From an uncultured Bacteroidales bacterium (lineage in GTDB: Bacteria > Bacteroidota > Bacteroidia > Bacteroidales > Muribaculaceae), in the NCBI GenBank assembly GCA_900547755.1, contig URIC01000003.1, positions 777 to 64,776 on the forward strand: a stretch of DNA of 64,000 nucleotides, read 5' to 3'. How positions within the stretch are numbered: position 1 is the stretch's first letter; every line of letters begins with the position of its first letter. Of this stretch, positions 50,918 through 60,117 are shown piece after piece. The notes under the pieces were generated by a model. It ran no database searches. It had not been told where the DNA came from and saw nothing but the letters and a program-made list of their open reading frames with translations. The translations under genes and the position numbers were made by a program.

Positions 50918-51316
50918 ATGAACGCATTGTCACAGCAGGAAAACCTGAAAAAATTTACTGAGACATCGTCTTGCCCGGTGCGGAATATCATATCGCATTT
51001 CTCCGGCAAATGGGCGATGCTGGTGCTATGTGTGCTTGCCGAGAACGGGGTCACACGGTTTAACGATATCGGCCGCGCTTTGCCGGATATTTCCTCCAAG
51101 GTACTTGCCGAGACGCTGAAGGGCCTGGAGAGGGACGGGTTGTTGTCGCGCAGGCAATATGCAGAGATTCCTCCCAGGGTGGAGTATTCGCTGACAGATC
51201 TGGGACTCAGCCTGTTGCCGCACCTCGATGCCCTTATAGGCTGGAGCATGGAGCATTTTGAGGTAATAATCGACAATCGCAACCGACATTCTGAAAAGGC
51301 CGGTAAGCCGGGTTGA
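50918..51316 (+). CDS. HxlR/DUF24 family winged-helix regulator
   Basis: SCPVRN, GKWAMLVL, ISSKVLAETLKGLE, PPRVEYSLT. Confidence 0.92.
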   Translation: MNALSQQENLKKFTETSSCPVRNIISHFSGKWAMLVLCVLAENGVTRFNDIGRALPDISSKVLAETLKGLERDGLLSRRQYAEIPPRVEYSLTDLGLSLLPHLDALIGWSMEHFEVIIDNRNRHSEKAGKPG

Positions 51317-51367
51317 GCTTTGCAGTCGGACATAATATGAGTTGAACGCTTGATTTACAAAACACCG

Positions 51368-52312
51368 ATGGAATTTGGATTATTGAAAAAAGCGGCTGTG
51401 TATTCGGCCTGTCTATGCGTGGCGCTTACTTCCTGCCGCTCTGCCAAGACAGGTCAGGACATGGCTTTGAGCGCAGACCCCCTGGGGAGTCTGCGGGCTT
51501 CCATAGCCTCTATAGCGGACAGCTGTCCGGCTGAGATAGGGGTGGCTGTGATAACCGACAATGGCGACACCCTTACATTGAATAACCGGAATGTGTATCC
51601 TATGATGAGTGTCTTTAAGCTGCATCAGGCGATTGCTGTGTGCGAGGACCTTGACCGCCGGGGTATTCCGCTTGATTCGCTGATTAGGATAAATAGGGCG
51701 GACCTTGACCCTGATACATGGAGCCCTATGCTTAAGGAACATGATGAACCGCAATTCGAGCTGCCGGTAAAGGACCTGCTGCGGTATACGCTGATGCAGA
51801 GCGACAATAATGCCAGTAACCTGATGTTCAGCGAGATTGCCGGGGTAGGGCAGACGGACAGCCTTATTGCTACGATAATTCCGCGCGACGCTTTCCGTAT
51901 CGTGTACACGGAGCGGGAAATGGCCCGGGACCATGGCAAGGCATACGCGAATCGTACTACTCCCCTGGGGGCCGCACAGTTGATTTACAGTCTGTACACG
52001 GACAGCCTTGTAAGCGTCGACAAGCAGGAGTTCCTGAGGAATACACTCCGGGAGTGCAAGACCGGCAACGACCGTATCGTCGCCCCCTTGCTTGGAAAGA
52101 AGGGCGTGGTCATAGGTCATAAGACAGGTTCCGGATACACTACTCCCGAGGGGGTGCTGGTGGCGCACAACGATGTGGCATATATCTGTCTGCCTGACGG
52201 GAGAAAATACGCGCTCGCCGTATTCGTGAAAGACTGCAATGGAGATGAGAAACGCGCCGCCGAGGCAATAGCACGCATATCGGAAGCTGTCTACGACGCA
52301 TTGGGTATCTGA
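51368..52312 (+). CDS. Class A serine beta-lactamase (Bacteroidetes subclass A2-like)
   Basis: SVFK (SxxK), SDN, YTE (Glu166 equivalent), HKTG; lipobox-like LTSC. Confidence 0.93.
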   Translation: MEFGLLKKAAVYSACLCVALTSCRSAKTGQDMALSADPLGSLRASIASIADSCPAEIGVAVITDNGDTLTLNNRNVYPMMSVFKLHQAIAVCEDLDRRGIPLDSLIRINRADLDPDTWSPMLKEHDEPQFELPVKDLLRYTLMQSDNNASNLMFSEIAGVGQTDSLIATIIPRDAFRIVYTEREMARDHGKAYANRTTPLGAAQLIYSLYTDSLVSVDKQEFLRNTLRECKTGNDRIVAPLLGKKGVVIGHKTGSGYTTPEGVLVAHNDVAYICLPDGRKYALAVFVKDCNGDEKRAAEAIARISEAVYDALGI

Positions 52313-52346
52313 ATCCTACGGTGTGCGGTTTGTTTTTATAAGGGAT

Positions 52347-52922
52347 ATGACTATGAGCGTATATACGGCAGAAAATTACATATCGGATATAGCCGTAGCC
52401 GATTATATCGCCGGCTTCAGAGACGAGGCCCGTTTTCTGGACCTGTGCGGACAATGCGGAAATTATGGCTGTAGATGGGGGTGTCCCCCCTTTGACTTTG
52501 ATGCTGAAGCGTTATTGCGCAAATATAAGTATGCCCGTATAGTGGCATGCAAGATAATACCGTCTGACAGGAATCTGCCCATAGAGCGGACTCATGAGTT
52601 CCTGTTGCCGGAGCGTACCCGTTTGGAGCGGGAATTGCTTGAAATGGAGCGGACCGGCGGAGGCCTCGCGCTTACATTCGGAGGTAAATGCCTGTACTGC
52701 GAGGAAGAGGAATGTGCCCGCATATCGGGAGAACCCTGTCGGCATCCTGACAAAGTGCGTCCCTCGCTCGAATCCTTGGGATTTGACCTTTCCAAGACCC
52801 TTGCCGAGATGTTCGGCATAGAACTGCGGTGGAGTAAGGATGGCTTGCTGCCGGAATACTTGGTGCTGGTATGCGGATTCTTTCACGATACCCCTTTGGC
52901 CGCCCGTTCTTCAGCCTCTTGA
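52347..52922 (+). CDS. DUF2284 family predicted metal-binding protein
   Basis: CxxCxNYGxxWxCPP, GKCLYC, CRHP, RPSLESLGFD. Confidence 0.85.
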   Translation: MTMSVYTAENYISDIAVADYIAGFRDEARFLDLCGQCGNYGCRWGCPPFDFDAEALLRKYKYARIVACKIIPSDRNLPIERTHEFLLPERTRLERELLEMERTGGGLALTFGGKCLYCEEEECARISGEPCRHPDKVRPSLESLGFDLSKTLAEMFGIELRWSKDGLLPEYLVLVCGFFHDTPLAARSSAS

Positions 52923-52933
52923 CTTAAGCCGAT

Positions 52934-53425
52934 TTATCGGACCTGCCTCAGGCGGGAGCCGATGGCATCTGCCATGTCCGGAGCATCGGAGCAGCCGAGC
53001 ATATATTTACGGCCATCTTTAAGGGTTACAAGAAAGCAGTCCGATGCTTTCCCGTAATAGGCAAAATACTTGCCGAGGTCTCTTTCTCTGAACCAGCCAT
53101 ACCAACCGAACCATCCTCCGCTACCGCAAATGCGGTGTGCGGCCATAGTCGGGGGACATAACCTTACACCGGAAATGTCTGCTAACGGGATACACTTGAT
53201 TCGCAGCGGACGGCGGATGCTCAATTTTTCATCGTCGACAGAGACTGAAAGCGGCATATATAATAACGTAGACAAGGACATGACGGCTATTATAATGGCG
53301 AGTATGACCACAGGCCGCCCATGGTCAGGCTGTTTGAGCGCATATACGAATAAACCGCATATAAGCGCGCTCGACAATGCGGAAATAATCAGGCAATAGC
53401 CGCTGAATCCAACTCTTTTTTTCAT
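52934..53425 (-). CDS. Membrane protein with bacterial PH domain
   Basis: Two TM helices, then RICGSGGWFGWYGWF. Confidence 0.8.
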   Translation of the reverse strand: MKKRVGFSGYCLIISALSSALICGLFVYALKQPDHGRPVVILAIIIAVMSLSTLLYMPLSVSVDDEKLSIRRPLRIKCIPLADISGVRLCPPTMAAHRICGSGGWFGWYGWFRERDLGKYFAYYGKASDCFLVTLKDGRKYMLGCSDAPDMADAIGSRLRQVR

Positions 53426-53461
53426 GTGAGAATATTTTGGGTTTGAAGTGAGAATCGGATT

Positions 53462-54547
53462 TTATTTGAATTTCAGCTCTGCGAGTCTTGTCGGCAGACT
53501 CCGGTTGACAAAGTGAATCACTCGGTTCAGGACATTTGTGATGATGCCGGAGGCAACCCAGAAGGAGATGAACAGGGCTGCGAAAAACGAAACGTATCGC
53601 CACGCAGGCAAGGTGGCCGTCCAATGTCTTGAAGCCGGATACAAAAAGAGGTCTCCGAAACATCCGTCCTGCAGCAGATAGCACCCCAAGGAGTATGCGG
53701 CAAACCTGTTCACGGCCTTGCTGTGGAACCGCAATTTAGTGAAATACAGGAACAGGAACACCGATGCTCCGACTATGAACAGGTTGTTGTAAGCTGTCAG
53801 ATTGCGGATGTACACCGGAGAGTCACGCAGCGCTACGGACAGTATGCCGTCCAAAGCGGTAAGGCATACGCATAAGGCCAGACAATGGGCCTTGGTGACC
53901 CGCTCGGACAAGCAGGTGTCCCGGCGAAGCCAATGCCCGAGAGTGTACATATATATGCCCTGGAAAAATGTGTATCCATTCTCGTTACAGGCGTTATGTC
54001 CGATATTTCCGGAATAAATGGTGAACAGGGTAAATATAAGGACTATCGCCTTTAGCTGATTGAGGGTCAGCGCTGTCAGACCTTTGTTGATGATTGGAGA
54101 TGCCAACATAAGGCCGAAGTAAACGTCAATGAACCAGTTCTGAGTGGAGAGCGGTGCTATGAAAGTGAACAGCAGGTCCTGCCCGGTCAATGGCTTGTCT
54201 ATTAGAAAGCACCCCAGGCTATTGAGCTGGACAAAGGCGAAGACAGTCATGAACAGGCGTAGAAAGCCCTTGACCGACAGTCGGATGAGATACCAGCCGG
54301 ACAGCAGAAAGAAGAGGTTGACGCCATCCAGGAAAAACGGCCAGGCGAACATGGCCGAGGGCGGCCGATAACCGCCAAGCGGTGACCCGTGGGTAAGGAA
54401 ATGATGAATCAGAATCAGACACATGGCGACTATCCTCATCAATTCCATGTTGGAGTCACGGACACGGATTCTGTCCTGAGCCAAATATCCGGGGCTGTCC
54501 ATTACTCCCGCTCTCCCGGCATCGGTCTCGCTGCCACCTCTATACAT
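53462..54547 (-). CDS. Acyltransferase family 3 (O-acyltransferase)
   Basis: RDSNMELMRIVAMCLILIHH, GVNLFFLLSG, WFI; multi-TM. Start uncertain. Confidence 0.85.
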   Translation of the reverse strand: MYRGGSETDAGRAGVMDSPGYLAQDRIRVRDSNMELMRIVAMCLILIHHFLTHGSPLGGYRPPSAMFAWPFFLDGVNLFFLLSGWYLIRLSVKGFLRLFMTVFAFVQLNSLGCFLIDKPLTGQDLLFTFIAPLSTQNWFIDVYFGLMLASPIINKGLTALTLNQLKAIVLIFTLFTIYSGNIGHNACNENGYTFFQGIYMYTLGHWLRRDTCLSERVTKAHCLALCVCLTALDGILSVALRDSPVYIRNLTAYNNLFIVGASVFLFLYFTKLRFHSKAVNRFAAYSLGCYLLQDGCFGDLFLYPASRHWTATLPAWRYVSFFAALFISFWVASGIITNVLNRVIHFVNRSLPTRLAELKFK

Positions 54548-54747
54548 ATTGATTCAATAGGAATTACAAATCTTCATCCGGTTTTCCGAAAACCGGAACA
54601 AAAGTAGCAAAAAATCCCGAACCGGAACCCATAATCTCCCGGAATAAAATAAACCCTGGGATAAACTCTCCGAAAACAGCATTATTGGAGTATGTGTCCA
54701 TTGGATGTATCTTGTATATTTCGGGCAAATCAACATCATAAAAACAC

Positions 54748-55953
54748 ATGGCTTCAATAAAAGTAAAATTCCGCCCATCAAGTAGCGCTGACAACGAAGG
54801 CGCAATCTACTACCAGATTATCCACGAAAGAAAAGTGCGGCAACTTCCGACCGAGTATAAGGTTTTCCCCGGCGAGTGGGATGAAAGCCGCTCTATGGTG
54901 ACGACCACACATAAAAGCGAGCGCGAATCGTTGATTCTCTCCATTCGTGAACGTATCCGTTGGGATGTGGAGCGGCTTACGAAGATTGACCGCAAACTCA
55001 ATATAGAGGGTCTTGGCTACACGGCCAAAGATGTGATGGACGAATTCAACCGCTATGCCGCGGAATACTCTCTGTTCTCCTACATGGAGAGCATAATAGC
55101 CAGACTCAGGCAGAACGGAAACATCAGAACCTCCGAGACATACAAATCAGCCCTGAACAGTTTCAGGAAGTTCCGTGACGGCAAGGACATCATGCTTGAC
55201 AGCATCACCTCCGAAATAATGGAAAGCTACGAGGCGTGGCATAAGAGGCGCGGGATAACGCCGAACACAATATCATTCTACACCAGGATACTTCGTGCCG
55301 TATATCACCGTGCGGTAGAAAACGAAATCATCGATAACCGTAACCCGTTCCGTCATGTCTATACCGGAATAGAGAAAACCGTAAAACGGGCATTGCCGTT
55401 AGTTGTAATCAAGAAAATCAAGACTTTGGACCTGTCGCCGGCTCCGACACTTGACTACGCCCGCGATATGTTCCTTATGAGCTTCTATCTCCGGGGGATG
55501 AGTTTCATAGACATGGCATTCCTCAAAAAGACAGACCTCAGCAACGGATACATAACATACCGCCGTCGCAAGACCGGCCAGCGACTGATGATAGAATGGA
55601 CGAAGGAAATGCAGATGATTCTTGAAAAGTACCCCGAGAACAAAAGCGACTACCTGCTGCCCATCATACGCAATCCGGGCACCAACGAGCGATGCACATA
55701 CCGGAACCACAGCTACAACATCAACCGCAACCTGAAACGTGTCGCGGAAAAGGCAGGCATAGCCATACCGCTGACCCTGTATGTCGCACGTCACAGCTGG
55801 GCCTCCGCCGCCAAATCCAAAGGCATACCGCTCTCGGTAATCTCCGAAGGCATGGGTCACGACAGCGAGGCCACGACACAAATCTACCTCGCCAGCCTCG
55901 AGACCTCCGTCGTAGACAAAGCCAACGCCCTAATCCTCAAATCATTGAAATAA
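54748..55953 (+). CDS. Tyrosine recombinase / site-specific integrase (copy B)
   Basis: LRGMS, RRKT, YVARHSWAS, MGH, TQIY. Confidence 0.94.
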   Translation: MASIKVKFRPSSSADNEGAIYYQIIHERKVRQLPTEYKVFPGEWDESRSMVTTTHKSERESLILSIRERIRWDVERLTKIDRKLNIEGLGYTAKDVMDEFNRYAAEYSLFSYMESIIARLRQNGNIRTSETYKSALNSFRKFRDGKDIMLDSITSEIMESYEAWHKRRGITPNTISFYTRILRAVYHRAVENEIIDNRNPFRHVYTGIEKTVKRALPLVVIKKIKTLDLSPAPTLDYARDMFLMSFYLRGMSFIDMAFLKKTDLSNGYITYRRRKTGQRLMIEWTKEMQMILEKYPENKSDYLLPIIRNPGTNERCTYRNHSYNINRNLKRVAEKAGIAIPLTLYVARHSWASAAKSKGIPLSVISEGMGHDSEATTQIYLASLETSVVDKANALILKSLK

Positions 55954-55957
55954 CCAG

Positions 55958-56003
55958 TCCGTCCGGAAAGAGCCGGCATTCATCTTGCTCTTTTTCGGAC
56001 GGA
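55958..56003. terminator. Stem-loop after integrase B
   Basis: TCCGTCCGGAAAGAGC / GCTCTTTTTCGGACGGA. Confidence 0.55.
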
Positions 56004-56041
56004 TACCTCTCGATAACCTTTATGACAACATGCTGTCAGCC

Positions 56042-56094
56042 CCCTTAGACAACGAATCCCGCGAATAATCTTCGTGGGATTCGTTGTCTAAGGG
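56042..56094. repeat. 24-bp inverted repeat (long hairpin)
   Basis: CCCTTAGACAACGAATCCCGCGAA-TAATC-TTCGTGGGATTCGTTGTCTAAGGG, one G-T mismatch. Confidence 0.85.
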
Positions 56095-56172
56095 AAGCGT
56101 CTGTTTCAGAGGGTCGTTTTTACTTCTATTATCATTGAAATAACCGATAAACGTAACCATCCTTGACCAAAA

Positions 56173-57177
56173 TCAATTTACTTTTACAAGATAATCACAT
56201 TTGGCATACGTTTCCCCATAACGAGGCTGTAACATATTCTCGTCTATCTCATTACCTTTTAACCATTCGATTATCGCTCCCGGGAAATTTACTCCGGCTT
56301 CGTAGCTGAATGGGAATCCGCCACCGAAGCGGGGATTGAGTTCAAGGACGTAATATGTGCCGTCCTTTTCGAAGATGTCCACGTCAAGATTTCCGATATG
56401 ACGCAGGTTCATGCCTAAGGTCTGTCCGATGGCGCGAATGTCAGCGTTGTCAACGGTCTGTGCCTTGTCGGTCTCGCCGGCGCGCATGGAGAGCTTCTTT
56501 TTTACCGAAACAGCCCGGTGATTGCCTTCGAGGTCGTTCATAACGTCCATGCCATATTCCTGACCGTCGATTTTCTGCTGTATAAGAATGTATTCGCCCC
56601 CTTTCGAGGCGGTTGCAAGAATAGTTTTCCTGACCTTTTTGAGTAGCATCGCGTAGACCTCCTCTAACTCTTCAAGGGAATTGACAAACTCGATGCCGAT
56701 GGAACCAGACCCCCAGCGGGGTTTGAGGACGAGTGGGAAACTGAGTATGCCCTCGTGTAGTGCTGCTTGGGCTTTACTGAGGCTGACAAATGTGTTTGGG
56801 GTACCGAGGCCGAGACTCTCAACGTATTTTGCGGTACGATATTTGTCAAAGCAGATGTCAATGACTTCTGGTGCAGATACAATTACCTTGACACCGATTT
56901 CTTCAAACCGCTGACGGTTGGCGGCAAGTATGGGAAGTTCGAGATCGTTGAGGCAGATAAGTCCCTTTATACCATGGCGAAGGCAGATGTCAAGGGTACG
57001 GCCAATGTAGTCATCTGCATAGACGGCAGGTACCTGCTCCTTAATGTCGGCAGCCGTCAACGCCGGTGCCGTCAGTTGCATATCGGCAGCTACAACCAGG
57101 CCGCTGTCGCCAAGTTGTTCCTTGAAATATTTGAGCAGATAGGTACGGCGTCCCGCACAAGTGAAGAGTATATTCAT
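56173..57177 (-). CDS. ATP-grasp domain protein (polysaccharide modification)
   Basis: MNILFTCAGRR, KPRWGSGS, LELNPRFGGG. Confidence 0.88.
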   Translation of the reverse strand: MNILFTCAGRRTYLLKYFKEQLGDSGLVVAADMQLTAPALTAADIKEQVPAVYADDYIGRTLDICLRHGIKGLICLNDLELPILAANRQRFEEIGVKVIVSAPEVIDICFDKYRTAKYVESLGLGTPNTFVSLSKAQAALHEGILSFPLVLKPRWGSGSIGIEFVNSLEELEEVYAMLLKKVRKTILATASKGGEYILIQQKIDGQEYGMDVMNDLEGNHRAVSVKKKLSMRAGETDKAQTVDNADIRAIGQTLGMNLRHIGNLDVDIFEKDGTYYVLELNPRFGGGFPFSYEAGVNFPGAIIEWLKGNEIDENMLQPRYGETYAKCDYLVKVN

Positions 57178-57797
57178 TGTTTATTTTGTTTTCTTATAAC
57201 ATCCAAATCATGACTCTCCGGCAACAATTCTATATCAGAACCGAAAAACACATTCACGATAGTCTTTGCCAGTATTCGGATATCAAACATAAGCGATACA
57301 TTATTAGCATAATATACATCCAGAGCCAAACGGTCATCCCATTCAAGATGATTACGGCCATTTACTTGTGCCCAACCAGTTATTCCAGGTCTAACATCGT
57401 GTCGATGAGCCTCGGTTGGTGTGTAATACGGTAAATATTTTACCAGCAATGGGCGGGGGCCTATGAGCGACATATCGCCTTTGAGAACGTTCCACAACTG
57501 AGGCAGTTCGTCAATAGAAGTTGAGCGCACGAAGCGGCCGATCTTGGTTAGACGGTCTGCGTCGGGAAGAAGTTTGCCGTTTGCATCCCGCTCATCAGTC
57601 ATAGTCTTGAACTTCACCACTTTGAAAATCTTTCCATCCTTGCCTGGCCTCTCCTGAAAGAAAAATGCCCCGGCACCCTTGTTGGCAAAGTGTAGCCAGA
57701 CGGTGACAGCAGCAAGGGGAACAGAGAGCACAAATAAAGCTCCCCCCGAAGCAGCTACGTCAAAGACCCGTTTGAAAAAATCGCGATACGGTTTCAT
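57174..57797 (-). CDS. Initiating sugar transferase (undecaprenyl-phosphate glycosylphosphotransferase)
   Basis: KRVFDV, KFKTM, SIDELPQL, GDMSLIGPRP, PGITGWAQVNGR; start taken as MKPYRDFF. Confidence 0.93.
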   Translation of the reverse strand: MKPYRDFFKRVFDVAASGGALFVLSVPLAAVTVWLHFANKGAGAFFFQERPGKDGKIFKVVKFKTMTDERDANGKLLPDADRLTKIGRFVRSTSIDELPQLWNVLKGDMSLIGPRPLLVKYLPYYTPTEAHRHDVRPGITGWAQVNGRNHLEWDDRLALDVYYANNVSLMFDIRILAKTIVNVFFGSDIELLPESHDLDVIRKQNKQ

Positions 57798-57834
57798 ATC
57801 ATATATGGAGAATTTTTTATAAAAGTCTTTTAAG

Positions 57835-57981
57835 GCAGTTACGAACATAGGATTGCACGCAGCACTAGGCGACGAGGGCTGGGCACTCCCGTCCATACTT
57901 CAAGTCCTTTGCTGGGAAGACTGCGCAGAATGTCGTATCCTACACGGTTCCAGCAATAAGTCACTCTTAAGTCGCAACCGC
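57835..57981 (-). ncRNA. Candidate structured non-coding element
   Basis: Nested stems on the minus strand with G-U pairs; see findings. Confidence 0.4.
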
Positions 57982-58006
57982 TGGTTTTAGCTACCTGAAT
58001 TTTTGA

Positions 58007-58972
58007 TTATATATTAAACCGATACGCCAGATGCGACCGACCACCGAGCTGATATTTATACTGCTCCTCCCCAAGGCTAAGGTCAAGGCATCGTATAGAC
58101 GTATTCTGCTGGAGATATTTTATTGTTTCGCAAATAAGTACAAGGCCCGGAGAATATCGCCTAAACTCGGAGTCAATTGACAATCTTGGTACGATTATAG
58201 TTTTGTCATCATAAAGGCCGCTAAGAAACCCCACAATCTCAGAATTGATATAAAGTACCGAAGTAAATGCGTTAGGAGCCTTGATATAATATCGTGTGGC
58301 AAAACTCTGATGCTTCAGGAACCACTGTTTCAAACGTCCTGTAGCAACTCCATATCTTTCGGCATGTCGTTTTACATAAAGGTCAACGAGTTGATTTATA
58401 GGAACATCTTCCCTTACTGCAATATCCGGTTTGAAATATTTCATTGACAAGAGAAGTCCATCGGTATTCAGCCGGTTATAGGCTGTGCGTATGTTCTGAC
58501 GGACAGATTTTGACAATACCTTGAAATATTCATCAAAACTATCGTCAAACCTGATAGCGACATTTTTTGATTCTTTCGCCGTCGAACCCTTATAGCTTGA
58601 AACAGGCGAGCGCTCATCTATTTTCATGAACTCCACTTCACCGAAACGTTTATGCAAAAGCGAAATGACTTGGGGTAATATTGCACAATCATCATATAGT
58701 ATTCCGCACTCGTTGAAACCGTTGACATCACCAAAAAGGCGGTTTTTGCCTTTTGATTTAAGCAGAGGAACAATGGCGCGCACTTTGACATCGTCGGTGA
58801 AAACCGCAAAAGTCGGAATCGTACGCCATATCAGATAGTACGGATAAAAATATCGGTAAGCAATGGCAAAGGCACCTGGATGCATGAATGGAGAGACTTC
58901 GGGAGTCAACTTATACAACCTTTCCCAGTCGGCTTTAACCGATGAAAAACGGTGCTTGATTACAAGTTTCAT
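58007..58972 (-). CDS. GNAT family N-acetyltransferase (Acetyltransf_6/CelD-like)
   Basis: LSKSVRQNIR, YSPGLVL, LDLSLGEEQYK; start corrected to MKLVIKH, coupled to the upstream stop. Confidence 0.85.
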   Translation of the reverse strand: MKLVIKHRFSSVKADWERLYKLTPEVSPFMHPGAFAIAYRYFYPYYLIWRTIPTFAVFTDDVKVRAIVPLLKSKGKNRLFGDVNGFNECGILYDDCAILPQVISLLHKRFGEVEFMKIDERSPVSSYKGSTAKESKNVAIRFDDSFDEYFKVLSKSVRQNIRTAYNRLNTDGLLLSMKYFKPDIAVREDVPINQLVDLYVKRHAERYGVATGRLKQWFLKHQSFATRYYIKAPNAFTSVLYINSEIVGFLSGLYDDKTIIVPRLSIDSEFRRYSPGLVLICETIKYLQQNTSIRCLDLSLGEEQYKYQLGGRSHLAYRFNI

Positions 58973-60117
58973 TTTGCTAAGATTTCTTTGTAATATTCTT
59001 TGAGGCATCGGCGGACGAATGTCTGTTCGTAGCGGGAGGCGACGAGCGGGCGTGCGTGCCGGGCGAGCGCCTGTGTCGCGGGGCTGTCGGTGATGAAGCG
59101 GCGCATGGCGGAACAGAGGGCGTCCGCGTCGCGCGGGGGGATGACGGCTCCGTTCTTGCCTTCGACGATTATCTCGCGGCTGCCGTTGATGTCGGTCACT
59201 ATCGAGGGAAGTCCCATGGCGCCGGCCTCGATGACCACGTTGGGGAAGCCTTCGCGGTAACTGGGGAAGACGAATGTGTCCGAGGCGGCGAGCCACGGGC
59301 GCACGTCGGACTGCTGGCCTACGGCCTCTATGTTTTCGTTATCGTCTATTTCCGAGAGCGTCTCGGGCTTCAGGGGGTCAAGCTCCGGCTCCTGACGGCC
59401 GACGAGGATAAGCCGTGTGGCCGGAAACTCTCCGTTCAGGCGGCCGAAGGCCTCCACGAGCTCGTCGATGCCCTTGTCACGGACCAGGCGTCCCACGAAC
59501 ACGAAGGTGAACACGCCCGGCCTGCGGATTTTCGCAGCCTCGGCCCGTACTTCGGGCAATCCGGGATTATAGTGCGCGAGGTCTATGCCGCGTACGTTGC
59601 CGTGGCCGAGGACCTTCAACGGCTTCCTGGTGATGCGGTGGTTTATAAGGTCGTCCTTCACGCCTTCCCCTTCGGGTACGATATGCGTGGCGCAGGCGCA
59701 GGTGATGCGGTCGGTGAGAATCAGAATCTTCCGCGTCAGTCCCGTGGCGGTCGGGAACACCAGGCCGGTGAAGGTGTGCAGGCGCACCGGCACGCGGCAC
59801 ACCCATGCCGCCATCATGGACAGCAGCCCCGCCTTGGGGGTCATTGAATGTACCATCGCCGGCCTCTCGCGTCTAAACACTCGAATTAGTCCGAAAAGAC
59901 TTTTCAAGTCCTTAATCGGCGAGATGTGCCTCTCCATAGGCACGGCGGCGGTCCGCACACCCTCGCGCTCCGCAATTTCGCGCATAGCCTCACCCGGCGA
60001 ACTTACGGCCACGACCTCGTAGCCCTCCTCTTCCCGCAACTCCCGCAATAGCCCCCGGCAGAAGGTGTTCAGCGAGCCCGGTACCGTGGATGTCCGGATG
60101 ATTTTGATTGGCTTCAT
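58969..60117 (-). CDS. Glycosyltransferase family 4
   Basis: HSMTPKAG, VGRLVRDKG, PSYREGFPNVVIEA. Confidence 0.93.
   Translation of the reverse strand: MKPIKIIRTSTVPGSLNTFCRGLLRELREEEGYEVVAVSSPGEAMREIAEREGVRTAAVPMERHISPIKDLKSLFGLIRVFRRERPAMVHSMTPKAGLLSMMAAWVCRVPVRLHTFTGLVFPTATGLTRKILILTDRITCACATHIVPEGEGVKDDLINHRITRKPLKVLGHGNVRGIDLAHYNPGLPEVRAEAAKIRRPGVFTFVFVGRLVRDKGIDELVEAFGRLNGEFPATRLILVGRQEPELDPLKPETLSEIDDNENIEAVGQQSDVRPWLAASDTFVFPSYREGFPNVVIEAGAMGLPSIVTDINGSREIIVEGKNGAVIPPRDADALCSAMRRFITDSPATQALARHARPLVASRYEQTFVRRCLKEYYKEILAK

Noticed and set aside
57798..57896. N-terminal extension of the sugar transferase (MDGSAQPSS...)
   Set aside because: Family homology starts at MKPYRDFFKR; the extension lies in the structured non-coding element.
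58973..59296. Arg-rich N-terminal extension of the GNAT ORF
   Set aside because: It is an alternative frame of the GC-rich GT4 gene; the real start is at 58972.
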